From Azolla caroliniana (taxonomy: Eukaryota; Plantae; Polypodiophyta), in contig JBHGNT010000542.1 of the NCBI GenBank assembly GCA_043228905.1, forward strand, positions 1 through 21,178: 21,178 bases of DNA, in the 5' to 3' direction. The notes beneath the pieces are model-generated. The model searched no databases. It was not told where the DNA came from and saw only the letters and a program-made list of their open reading frames with translations. Of this stretch, positions 1-10,928 are shown piece by piece. The first letter of the stretch is position 1. Every line of letters starts with the position of its first letter. A program made the translations under genes and the position numbers.

Positions 1-1469
1 AACGAAATCTTACCATAGGTATCGACGGATATCAGTTCTCAACAGGCAATCTAGTCGAAGGATGAATATCTCTCGACATTCCCATAACTTAACTAATTTT
101 TGTTCGCATCAAGAAACAAAATTTAACATATAAAATACAATTACATGTTCAATTAATAGTAATAACTAAAACTAAAAATATTTAGTACTTTTGTAGTTTT
201 ATCATAATGAAGGAGTAAATATAAAAAAATTGAAGGTAAGCTTCAAATTTTCAATCAAGGAACGAATGAAAAATGGCAGCTGACACGTCTTTATAACAAA
301 AGCAAGTAATATATCTTTTGACACATTTGCTGTTAATTTTGGTCCTATTATCGATCTTGTAAAAATACTCTTTATTCTCCTTTTATAAGTGAGGATACTG
401 AACATTTGAAAGATTTAAAAGTGTAAGATATTTTTTCTAAAATATGTATTTAATGTAGAATAATAATTTTATACTATACTATACTCCCAAAAAGGACTTT
501 CCTACAATAATGATCACATCATCAATGTATGCCGACGACTGCAAAGTGCTTTTTGTGAAGAAATATACTTATTTTTAAACCAAAGTGTTAATCTTGCTAA
601 TTGCCACTATCTCATTTTTTTGTTTAAAAAAAATGACTTCTTTAAAGTAGCTGTTAATTTATGACACAAAGTCATTGCATACCTGAGATTAACCGATACA
701 AATGTCACATTTAGTTGTGTAGCCTTGTATCAGGAACATGGAGCTTTATATCTTCCATTGATGATAGTTTCCCATGTAGGATTGTAAAAATTAAAAGCAA
801 AGTAGGCTACTTACTGAGCCCTGTGAAAGACCGCGCTTATATAATTTAAATATACATATTGTATCCTATTTCGCAGACAATTTCTCTAATAACAACTTTA
901 CAACACTAAATTAAATGCCTTCTGTAGACTAAGGGAGTACAGTTTTATTTTTATTTGATTGTATTGGTGCCAATTTCCAAAATAAAATGAAAACGTTTGC
1001 GTGCGAAAATGCTACGAAATTTATAACAAATCAAGATAAGACTCCAACGTAATTAATAGCTCCCTTATTTCTCGCCGTCGAAAGTGTAGAAATTGTATAA
1101 TTTCATATTTCATGCGATTAGCGTCGGATATCTGCCAATTTGGATAATTGTAGCGTAATGACATACATAAAAATCGAACATTATTATTAGTGAATCTAAC
1201 TTAATAAACTGAAACGTACAGTTAGAAGCAATCAAATGGTTCGATGTTGTTTTAAAAACTTAACAAGCAGTTGTCCTGGTTTGAATTGTTTATTTATTTT
1301 TGTTGTTTGTATTTACACGTAAACTGGTTCGCGGTATTTTGTAATTAGTAGGACGTACATGGTGTGCCACTAATGTTAACCAAGATATAATGAATGTTCA
1401 TTCTTTTTTTATTATTAATCTATCTTACTTTTATAAAATATTTGAAGTAAACGCTCCAAAAGCTACTAA

Positions 1470-2660
1470 ATAGATGTCTTCAGGGATCAAAATTACCAAT
1501 TGGATGGTATAATGCTGGGGTTGTAATCTTGTTTAAAATGGGCAATACTAGTAACATCAAAAACTATCGTCCTATTAGTTTGTTTTCGTACCTGTATAAG
1601 AAATATACAAAAAGTATTACAAACCGTCTGAAAAGAGGGCTAAACTTCTACCAACCCGTGGAACAGGTTGGATTTCGCATTGAATACAGTACCATGGACC
1701 ATTTGCAAAAAACTACGCACCAATAGAAAAATCAATTGAATACAATGTCATGAATAATGCCAGATTAGACTCAAGATGAAATGCAATTATAAAGGAACCG
1801 CCACAATGTATGTTAAAATTGACGAATAAAAAAGCAAAATAAACAATAAATAGAGTCTAACAGGCTAACACGGTATCATCTAAACTTTTCATTTTGGCAC
1901 TAGAAGTTATATTTAAAGGATTTGAAAAAAAGGCTTCGAAATTGACGATCGTACCTAAATCACCTATTCTTCGCGGACGATATCTTCCCCATCGAAGATC
2001 CAGTGGAGCTAAAGGAAATGATGAACCAATTGATTCAGGAAGAATAGCGCTCAAAATAAACATCAGAGAAATCAAAATCATGTCATCGATTCATATTCAA
2101 TAGTTACCATCTAACGAAAACATCAAAAAACGTTTCGACGACTTTATTAAATTAGGAAAAGAAAATCAGAAGTCGAAAGTAACGCGAAGAGTGACCGCTA
2201 AAGTATGTTCTAGGAAACCCGTGGAAAACGTGAATTGTATGACATGTTCATTTTGCCGGTGCCAACATATGGCCTCGAAACAATGTCAATCACAAATAGC
2301 AGTGCAAATCGATTGAAGACAACACAAAGGCAATGGAACGGACAACGTTTGAAATTTCCATACGAGACCGTTTCAGAAACGAAGAAATAAGAAGACGAAC
2401 GAAGGTAAAAGACGTAATCCGTTACATGGCCGAGACGAAGTGGACTTGGACGAGAAATGTTGCAAAACAGGAAGCTAATAGATGGACCAACAGAGTGATT
2501 TACTGGCGCCAAAAAAAAATAATAGAGGAAGACCGTAGAGACGTTGGCTGAATGATATTATGGAGCGCGCTGGTAGAAACTGGGCACCTGTAGCAAATAA
2601 TCGACAGGAGTAGAAAAGATTCGGAGTGGCCTACGTTTAGGAGTGGACTGGATAAAGCTA
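1470..2660 (+). mobile_element. Degenerate RTE-clade non-LTR retrotransposon (RT domain to 3' end, with internal deletions)
   Basis: Broken frames give motifs in the expected order: NYRPISLFSYLYK, EQVGFR, a decayed GVRQGD-like segment near 1853, FFADDI near 1968, and MERTTFEISIRDRFRNEEIRRRTKVKDV...KWTW...RW. A GEAYVQQW-like end lies near 2625-2650. There are many stops and frameshifts, and the boundaries are approximate. Confidence 0.9.
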
Positions 2661-4525
2661 AAATGGAAAGAACTTTGATTAAAATAAATCAAATACAATA
2701 AAATGTTTTTAGATTTACCCAAAAAGAACACTTTGTAGTTAATTAAAATAATGACATATTTTTCACACAGACCAACTTGTTCATACGAAAAGTCTGTGGA
2801 ACTTACTGTGTAAACATGTCACTATTTTAATTTAATATAAGGTCTATTTGTTACTGGAAAAATCTAGAAACAATGTTTTATTTATTTAAGTATTCCTGAA
2901 ACTTTACAACAAATATAATAATTTGAATTACAGGAAATCCTTAAAAAGACGAAGTGCCCAAGGGGCGTAAGTTATTACACTTTGTAATACAACAAGTAAT
3001 ATTCTGCCCACCTATTTACAGCATTTCATCTTCTTTCAAATATATAATGATGTTTTGTATAAACATATAGGTTGTTCATAAATTCCAGTAGCCAATTTAT
3101 CATATTTACGAAGCTTTAACGAGATATTAGAATAATCCGTGCATAATAATCAAATTTTAATGGAATATTATGCAAATATAGCGGGAAAAAACTGAAATAT
3201 TCAATAATAGTTTATAATTCCGTTTTAAAATACTTATAATTAGCGAAAAATGATAAACAAGTGCCTTGTAATAAAAAGATTGAGGTAATAATAATTAGAA
3301 CTTTAACTGTTTTTTTTATATGTTTATTTGGCTATTTTTACCTTATTGTTTAGAGGCCCATTGAACTTGTAAGAAAAACTTGTTGCTTATTAGACCAAGA
3401 TGTAGAACTAGTATTGTCAACATGTAGCACTAGCATTTTCTACAATCTACTGACTGAAAAGTGTGGAGAAGGCGATATTTTGGCATCTTTTCCATAAATT
3501 AAGTTTCGCTATGTTGTTAAAAACCACTGAACTCCAATTGTGCTTCCTCGTATGGATTAAAAAAAGTATGCCTTTACTTAAAAAAAGGATAGTCGCAAAT
3601 AAAAATTCGATTATTATAACAAAACTTAAAAATAATTCGTTATTAGATATGATTATTTGGTTTCCCACAAAAATTAAAATAATCCACATTACGTCCACAA
3701 CTACAACTATATTCGTTTGGAAATAATAGTTTACTCAGAAGCTCACATTAAGAAATGAAGTCCCATACTCTTCGGAATAAGCCAAACGTCTTCTATGAGT
3801 TACAATAAGCCTGTAAAGGTATCCATCAACTCAGGCAACAGCTTTCGTTTACTAATATCTTGGACTCATGTAAATTATGCTCATCCAAGTTTCATCTGAT
3901 ATATTCATCTAGTTAGATCATCTTACTACTTAGCTGCTTGTCAATACAGGATTATGCCAGTGCTACTCCAGACTAGTTCATCCGTCATCAATCTTCTTGC
4001 AATATTTTGAAATGTCTTCAAATTCCACTCCCCAGGACCAAATAAAATTTAAATTACTGTCAAGTTTAGAACATTGGTATACGTTTTAGTCAACTTTGTA
4101 AAATGTTCGAGTGGAATAAAATCTACTAATTGTTCATTTTGTCAACTTTTCTTATGCTACGTAACAACGCTAACCCAGTAGAACCACCAACTTTTTTCAT
4201 TGTTTTTTACTACGCTGGACAAATTTTTGTCTAATATTCTATCAGGTTATCAGGTATTAGGTTAGCTCTTTTGTATACATTACTTTGAATTGATTCGATA
4301 AGTACTAGCAAATTCTATTATTGCTCAAATTAGTGTGAAGGAGTTTTGGTTCGTACCATGTCAAATTTTAAAGCTCCCATTTGGATTGAAAAAAAATCAT
4401 ATTTAGAGCTGGCTTGTGTTAAGAATCATATATTATTATATATCCACACCATTTCTGCTTGATGAACAGTTGATTTTAAAAGGCGAAATATTCACGTAAC
4501 TAAACCGATTTTTCTTTAGTTACAG

Positions 4526-4608
4526 AATGCAAACTTCGCTATGTTCGTCACAAGAAAACATCGTAATTTCAAAAAAGAACGATCATTTCCCGCCTACATT
4601 CGAATGAT
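4526..4608 (+). other. Probable 5' UTR portion of the first coding exon
   Basis: An acceptor-like sequence tttttctttagttacag ends at 4525, 83 nt upstream of the ATG at 4609. It contains out-of-frame ATGs at 4527, 4541 and 4604. Confidence 0.5.
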
Positions 4609-5181
4609 ATGGGTCAACAGTCATCTAAGCAAACTAATGGCGTCTTATTCAGCAGAAAAATACCCTCCTTTTTATATGTAAAAACGCATAGAACTCACAC
4701 GTCCAACCCAGAGCAACCGATCAAATTTCAGTACAGGACGACAAAGAAAAATACCGAAAGCAAAGTAAAGAACCAAGAAAAACTAGGGTTTCAACCCATT
4801 AATAATTTAAAAAGTGTTTTGGGAAACGTGAAAAATATAAATGAAGTTACAGGGGATAATGATTCTTTGACAGACGGGGAGAATATTTCTAAAAACAAAG
4901 ATTGTCATGTAAAGAATCAGGAGAAACGAAATATAAGTAGCAAGAATTATGTACAAAATCTAAAAGAAGCAGTAAGTCATGTGAAAGAAACAAAAATTGT
5001 TGTAAATAGGGATGTAAAAAAACAGAACGTACCGACGCGAACAAAGAGCGAACCCAGTTTAGGGGGAGAACGAGGAAGGGAGAGGCACCGACATAGAAGG
5101 AAAGGAAAAATAAAGAGCGGGATAAGTAAGGTTCAGCAGTTTGGATATGAGATTCAGGATGTCGATGGGTTTTTGGCAAAG
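4609..5181 (+). CDS. Coding exon 1 of an SH3-like domain protein: N-myristoylation-type start and low-complexity basic region
   Basis: 191 open codons from MGQQSSK to QFGYEIQDVDGFLAK, ending at a perfect donor AAG|GTAAGT (intron starts 5182, phase 0). It joins in frame to the exon at 14981. Confidence 0.85.
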
Positions 5182-5649
5182 GTAAGTAAAAGTTTGGTTG
5201 AATAATGTCTTAACTTCGAATCAATCTGGTGCAGATCGATATTAGTGTTGAGAGAATGTATTTATTGCTACCATAATAGTAAAAATAAGTTACTTTAATG
5301 CTATAATACATAATAAATTACACAAAAAATATTTAATTTTAAATATTAAAGTCTAAGTAGTTTGGGTAGCTATTGCTCTATTTCCGTGATTCTGTTTCTT
5401 TGTCTTTTTTTTGAAAACTTACGGAACCAACAGATTTGCAATAATTTCAAAACAAATACATTGTTGGTAGGGTTTTAGACAAAAAAAATCAACGATGGAT
5501 ACCGCAATTGATATGTTTCATCATCCGGCGAATGTCTTCGTCGATAGACAGTATATGGGGTGGTTTTGTGACTTGTCAAGGGCCGTTGACTGTGTAGGTC
5601 ACCGGTTTTTTCATTATAGTTTGAAGGTGAAAGTTTTGATATAATAACA

Positions 5650-5830
5650 ATTATATTTAACCGAAAATCAGCAACAAACATATATAATGGCTTCAGAAAT
5701 TATAGATGCCTGACATGGTGTGCCACGAGTATAGGTCCTCGGTCCTCTCGTATTCCTTGGCCATGTTAACGACATTATAACTGCTACACCACATCTAATG
5801 TTTTACTTGTTTGCACATGACACTACCAGT
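5650..5830 (+). mobile_element. Short CR1-like LINE reverse transcriptase fragment
   Basis: 5714-5827 translates to HGVPRV*VLGPLVFLGHVNDIITATPHLMFYLFAHDTT, a decayed version of GVPQGSVLGPLLFLLYINDL...LFADDT. Confidence 0.8.
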
Positions 5831-6639
5831 GATATAGAGGTAACATTATCTGGGTTTAAATATTTCTATATAGTGAAGACTTTTGTTCCATATTCGTTAT
5901 TTTAAAGATATTTTTAGTGACATCTTTATTGCAGTTTGTAGCTATAAAGATTTTGTATAGTTTTTAACTGTACTATATTATGGTAAATTTAGTTTAAGTA
6001 TCCACATCTCTTAAAAGTCTCATAACTTAAAGAAGTTTACCAGCAGCAAAAAACCACTTAACTGTAAGGACAATATAATAAATCCTCAAAGTACAATGTT
6101 TGCACCACGACTATTAATTTTTTTAACTAAATGTTTTTTGTGTCGTAAGGCTTTTTAGCCTCTAGTGAGTTTATGCGTTGGAGTGATAATTTGTAACATA
6201 CTCTGATCAATTTCAATTTTAGAAAGTACTATAAATTATGATATGATTTCTAGTGATTCTTACTGGCTTTTGCATATTTATTTGATATCTGTGATCGTTT
6301 GCAATTTATTAGAGACAGTTGCTATTTGCCTAATATTACATTTCCAGATAAAACAAAATGTCTTTGGTGCTTCGAAAACATAAAGCATTTCTACAAGTCC
6401 ATGTGGATAGTATTTGTTCAAATTTTAGTGACAAGAAGATCAGTTTAAAAACGAAAAATTTTAATATGAAGTTGATTTATGGCTTTATGATTAAGGAATA
6501 CAAACTCTCTTGATTTAAAACTTCATTGACTTAACAAACAAGTTCGATTTATTTTATCGATATAGTATAAAATTGATTCAGTATAAAATTTATGTCTACT
6601 TTATGTTACCAAGTAACTAATAGCTGTTACCTTTTTGCA

Positions 6640-7377
6640 TAGAAGAAGTTCCCAATGTGTGTTTTCTGCTCATTTTGGACAACAGGATATTTTTGCAAAA
6701 TCGAGTGTTGTCCTTATTTGAAAATATCTTAAATTACTTTAGTTCTCTGACTCAAGAAAAAGTAAACCAACTCTCAAACCATTACATGTAAACCATACAA
6801 AGAATATGGTCAATAAAAAGAAGATATTTAAAAAAGGAATTACAAACAGCCGATAAATATAAGACCAGAGTGACGAGTAAGAAGAAGAGCATGATAATGA
6901 TAGTGACAAGGAAGAAAATGGCGAAGTTTCAAATAATGATTATAGTGCGTCGGTCCATTTAAGGATGATATAAATGGGAAGTTATAAATTAAATGACTCA
7001 CTTGCAGCAATATTTTGTGGTAGAAAGAATACATATGTATTGAATGGCATTTTGTGCAGATATTTATGAGTTATCTAAAACTTTAGTCTTATTTTTTATT
7101 TATAAATAAATCGTGTGATATGCATTTATTCTGCGAATATATATTTGTAAGTCATTAAAAATATAAAAAACACATATCACGGGGTTGAGCAGGTGAATTT
7201 TTTACTTTGACTGTGTTTTATTTTACAAATAAAAGGAAAAGTTATACAGTATTTGTAAATGGACGATAGTATGTACATATTTGTGACTTATTAATTGGCT
7301 GCAAAAATTTGAAAAATATTTTAGTATAATACGGCATGAAGCTGTGACCTCCGCGTACCTACCCCGGCACCGGAGTA
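6640..7377 (+). mobile_element. Decayed 3' half of a pogo-like DNA transposon with a C-terminal PHD finger
   Basis: An FWTTG motif near 6673 resembles the post-DDE FRxTGI(F/Y)P motif and is followed by an acidic linker. 6946-7005 reads CVGPFKDDINGKL*IK*LTC, which matches a PHD-type C..GExWIxCxxC with stops at the W and C positions. A GC-rich TIR-like end, acctaccccggcaccggag, is followed by TA at 7376-7377. No left TIR was found. Confidence 0.55.
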
Positions 7378-7380
7378 CCG

Positions 7381-7610
7381 ATGTACCTGCGCCGAAAGAT
7401 ATAATTTAGATTAATAAATATCGATAAGCGACGTCGATCGATGCGATCGTGGGTGGGATCGACGTTTTACGTAGACAGATAATACGCGAAAGCCTATCAT
7501 TAGGACCGGACGGGGGACAGGTAGTGTTTCGCAACGACCCGGCGAATTTTCAGGTAATTTGTCTCGATCTTCCCGGCTTGTAAATTTCAGAGAGAAAGCG
7601 GACCCTACGA
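7381..7610. promoter_or_regulatory. CpG-rich intronic block with a DRE motif (candidate enhancer or alternative promoter)
   Basis: GC and CpG content rise sharply against AT-rich flanks. A DRE consensus TATCGATA is at 7419-7426, a 9-bp inverted repeat at 7431-7439/7457-7465, and a donor-like CAG|GTAATT near 7553. Confidence 0.35.
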
Positions 7611-7656
7611 GAAAATTTAAGGAATAGGGATATTTCTATCAGACGTGGATTAAGGA

Positions 7657-7703
7657 TTGCACTAGAAGAGTCCTCTCAGGAGATGATGACGAAGCGTCTG
7701 TAA
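7657..7703 (+). ncRNA. Degenerate minimal type I hammerhead ribozyme-like motif (probably inactive, Penelope-derived)
   Basis: Layout is ttgca-[ctagaaga]-gtc...gac-[gaag]-cgtc-tgtaa. Stem I (ttgca/tgtaa) and stem II closure (gtc/gac) both pair, and a GUC triplet is present. The core has two lesions: an extra A in CUGAAGA, and GAAA changed to GAAG. Confidence 0.45.
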
Positions 7704-7740
7704 AAGACAATTCACACTTTAAAAGAGATTGGTTACAACT

Positions 7741-8186
7741 ATTAACATAGTTGAAGGATGTGTTGACAACATCTGGTAAAATGGTTGTTACATTACTGTT
7801 GGTGAAATGCTTGTCCCGCCTCAGGTTTAAAAATTTTTTTCGTCGTTTTAAACTCGGCCGAACAAATTATTTTTTTTTTTGAAAAACCACTCTTTTACTT
7901 TAAATCACACAACTTCTTGTCTCACCATTGTATATTCTTAAAATTATATTAAAACATAGTTAAAGAATGGGTTTCCAACATCTGGTAAAATGTTGTCTCA
8001 TCTAAGGTTTAAATATTTTTTCGGCGTTTCAAACTAGAGCCAAACAAAGTTTTTTTTTAAAGAACGCTCTTCTATATTTAATCGCACAACTTAGTCTGAC
8101 CCTTGTATACTATTAATAGTATATTAAAACATAGGAAAAGGATCTGTTTACAATGACCCATAGAAGTTTTAAAACTTTAATGTGTC
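7741..8186. repeat. Diverged tandem repeat, about 2.3 units of 175-210 bp
   Basis: The anchor acatag recurs at 7745, 7954 and 8129. caacatctggtaaaatg occurs at 7767 and 7977. The units also share aggtttaaa...cgttt.aaact...cacaactt...ttgtata blocks. Confidence 0.85.
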
Positions 8187-8789
8187 TAATATGTCAAAAG
8201 AGAAACGCTTGTAACCACTATGTTCTTTCTGTTTAGTAACATAAGGATCCAGCAACAATTGTATTAGTACATAGTATGAAAAAATCCATATTTTTTTCAA
8301 AGATAAAACAAATTTAACATCTTAAATAAGATACTTTATCCAACTTTTTAAAACAGTGAATTATGCCTTAAGTAAGTAAATATATTGTTTTTAAACATAA
8401 AATAATAAGTAAAACTAAAAAACTAGCTCTTTAGTGGATAACTTAGAAATAAAAACTAGTTTTAAATACTAAATATATGGCGTTACCTGCATCTATAATT
8501 ATTTTTTTCTGTCAGTCCAGTAAGATGCATAGATATGCCGTTGGACGTCTTATCTTGTGCATACTGATATCTGCTTATTATATTGTTAAAATTGGCCGAA
8601 AGATTTAGAGAAGCCGTATCAAGATTGTAGAGGGTATAGTTATAGGAATGATAGCTCATTTGTTTGTTTCTGACTTGTTTGGGAAACAGTTCAAGGCTTA
8701 ACATATATACACAACAAGGGAACTTTTGAGTTATGTGTAACGATTACAAGTAGGTACAGAGTGTTTGCATGTAAATGGAATCAAGTATA

Positions 8790-8873
8790 TTGTATACTAT
8801 TAGTATTATATTAAAACATAGGAAAAAGATGTGTTTACAATGACCCATAGAAGTTTTTAAACTTTAATGTGTC
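8790..8873. repeat. 84-bp direct copy of 8103-8186
   Basis: ttgtatactatta.ta.tatattaaaacataggaaaa.gat.tgtttacaatgacccatagaagtttt.aaactttaatgtgtc is present at both positions with few mismatches. Confidence 0.9.
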
Positions 8874-10364
8874 GTTACAGCATGGCTACTGACAAGACCT
8901 CAAAAAAAAATGCAGATCAACTGACATTAGGAGATAACTTAAGCTTGAGACTAACAAACTACAAGAATTGCTCTAAAAAGATAGAAAGAAAGAAGTAAAG
9001 ACATTGAAAAACACCATAATGAGGGCAATATTCGAATTTTTCTTTAAAAGCCTTTAAGGTTCAATAATCTTGTTTCTGTAGGTATAGTATACATTGAAAA
9101 GAAATCAGCTTCAAACTTAAAATAATTCGCTTCCACTTAACCACAGTTTTGGTTTACATACTATAATTATTAGGTTCCTTCGAATATTTAAATAATTTAG
9201 CCTGTATATCAAAACCTTACAAAACATTTCCGATACCAAGAATTGTTTTTAATCTGTTTGGCTTTAAATCATAATATTGAATTACTCGTAGGGAAAAATA
9301 TTTCCCATTAAAATAAATTTGTTTTGTAGTATTTATTGTACCGCATTTTTTAAAGTCAAATCTGTCCATATCAAGAATACATTTTCACGAAGAAACGCAC
9401 ACCATATGGTGATCTATGAGACGCTAAATATCACCTTGGTTCGCTCGCCTGTCTGCGTGCTCGTCTGGCTGTCCATCACGCGTAAATTATGGGTTAAAAC
9501 AGTCAAGTATTTTTCTTCTTCTCGGCACTAACTAAAAAATTAACGGTGGATACAAAATTAACGTAAGAATACAAAAATGAATAATTTATTTTCCCCCGAT
9601 TTTTTCAGTATACATCATATTTTTATGGCGTATTATTTAACCTTTTGAGTGTTAAAATTACAGACACAATTACTGGTGTTTTTTTATTTAAAAAAATGTT
9701 ATTCTTCAATAAAAAAATTCTTAAAGTAGCTCAAAAATGCTGAGGAATCGCAAAAGTGCCACCGTTTAGGATTATTCACAATGCATGCGCATTCTGAAGG
9801 ACCCATCGAATGGCAGTGAAACTATAGTCTGTTCACGTGCTGAAATAAAATATCCCCAAATTGTAAAAATATTTATTCTCGGCTAATTAATTTTTGATTT
9901 GAAAGAGGAAACACTTCGTGGACATTATGTCGATACAATATTTTTTATTAATGTTGCTTGCTTTTATTAGTGGCAGACGTTCTGTTTGCCTATGGTAATA
10001 TAAAAGTTAATATTATATTTGTTGGGGTAAGATGCATTGTTGATATTAGTGATTCAGTTCATTTCTGTTTTATGTAACAAATTTTAAAATTTGTCTCCAT
10101 TAACTGTGCCATAAAATGTATCATATTGATTCAGTGCTTTTTTTTTAATTAAAAACTAACACACTCTTCAACAAACTATTGTATTTGTAGTTTTGCCTGT
10201 TTTCGCTTTATATTTAAATAATTGTTGTTTTTCAGCATATTTATTTTTTTGAAAATATTATATATTTAGTTTGTTTAATAGGAAAAAATTGTGAATGAAT
10301 AATAACAAACCCTCAGCGAATTTTGTTGAAATACCTTTTTATAAAGCATCATTACAGCAATACA

Positions 10365-10560
10365 GTCATTCACTGCTGGATATAATCTCACTATATATAT
10401 TTCCATCTCTATCTCGTACTACATTCATCCAGCGTCCAAATGTGTTTCATAACATCTAACTATCTAGTGGGTGGGTAGTCTGTATCTGTTGCAAAGTATC
10501 TAGGTCTCCATTAGGTTTTTTCTATTGCCCATATGCCATCAGATATTCTAGCCACGTGAC
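10365..10560 (-). mobile_element. 3' end fragment of an RTE-clade LINE
   Basis: The reverse strand reads HVARISDGIWAIEKT*WRPR and ends in a YIQQ* (EAYVQQW-like) segment. It is visibly similar to 15390-15550. Confidence 0.8.
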
Positions 10561-10638
10561 TTGAATATTTTCATTTGCCATCAACAATAGCATCCTAAAC
10601 TACATTACCCCCCTCCATTGTTTCCAAATCCCACGAAG

Positions 10639-10928
10639 ATACTTCTGACTTCAAAATGGAACAAAGTCTGCGACAGGGTTATGTCATCTATCCCAAATTA
10701 TTCACTTACCTTTTGGTGGGCCAGTAGCTAAATATGTATGAAGCTTATGGTGCTCGTTTCCGTAGATTTCGGAAACGCTTTGGATACGGTAAATCATCGT
10801 AGTATGTTACTAGCTCTCGCGGATTGTAGAATTACTCACTCTCAACCCAACTTATTGAAAATACTTACAAAAAAGCAAATGTTGTCATTAGAGTCCATGC
10901 AAATACTTCTAGCTTCAAAATAAAGTAA
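10639..10928 (+). mobile_element. Two RTE reverse transcriptase fragments in scrambled order
   Basis: 10639-10714 encodes LRQGYVIYPKLFT (GVRQGDVISPKLF-like). 10738-10928 encodes KLMVLVSVDFGNALDTVNH (VDFEKAFD-like). The second piece is homologous to 14469-14640 on the minus strand. Confidence 0.8.

Noticed and set aside
505-545. MYADDC, an RT catalytic-motif-like fragment
   Set aside because: It is probably a tiny LINE remnant, but it is too short and lacks flanking motifs to support a feature call.
3350-4190. Possible decayed DNA transposon (piggyBac-like), including ORFs 3447-3698 and 3463-3726 and a taaccc end-like motif near 4171
   Set aside because: I found no recognisable catalytic motif, matching TIR or TTAA pair.
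4889-5179. 96-aa minus-strand ORF
   Set aside because: It is the antisense shadow of purine-rich coding exon 1.
5182-5205. C-terminal VSKSLVE of the 198-aa ORF
   Set aside because: This is read-through past a perfect GTAAGT donor and is intronic. The same applies to the flanks of ORF 16229-16600.
5505-5550. Minus-strand hammerhead-like remnant (tcgacga...gaaacatatc)
   Set aside because: The CUGANGA box is broken and stem I does not pair. It may be PLE debris but is not supportable.
9405-9490. DINE-1/Helentron-like GTCY-rich tract
   Set aside because: The resemblance is only textural, and no subterminal inverted repeats or 3' hairpin could be paired.
9700-9840. Possible DNA transposon right end (actatagtctgttcacgtg)
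   Set aside because: No matching left TIR or transposase remnant was found in the window.
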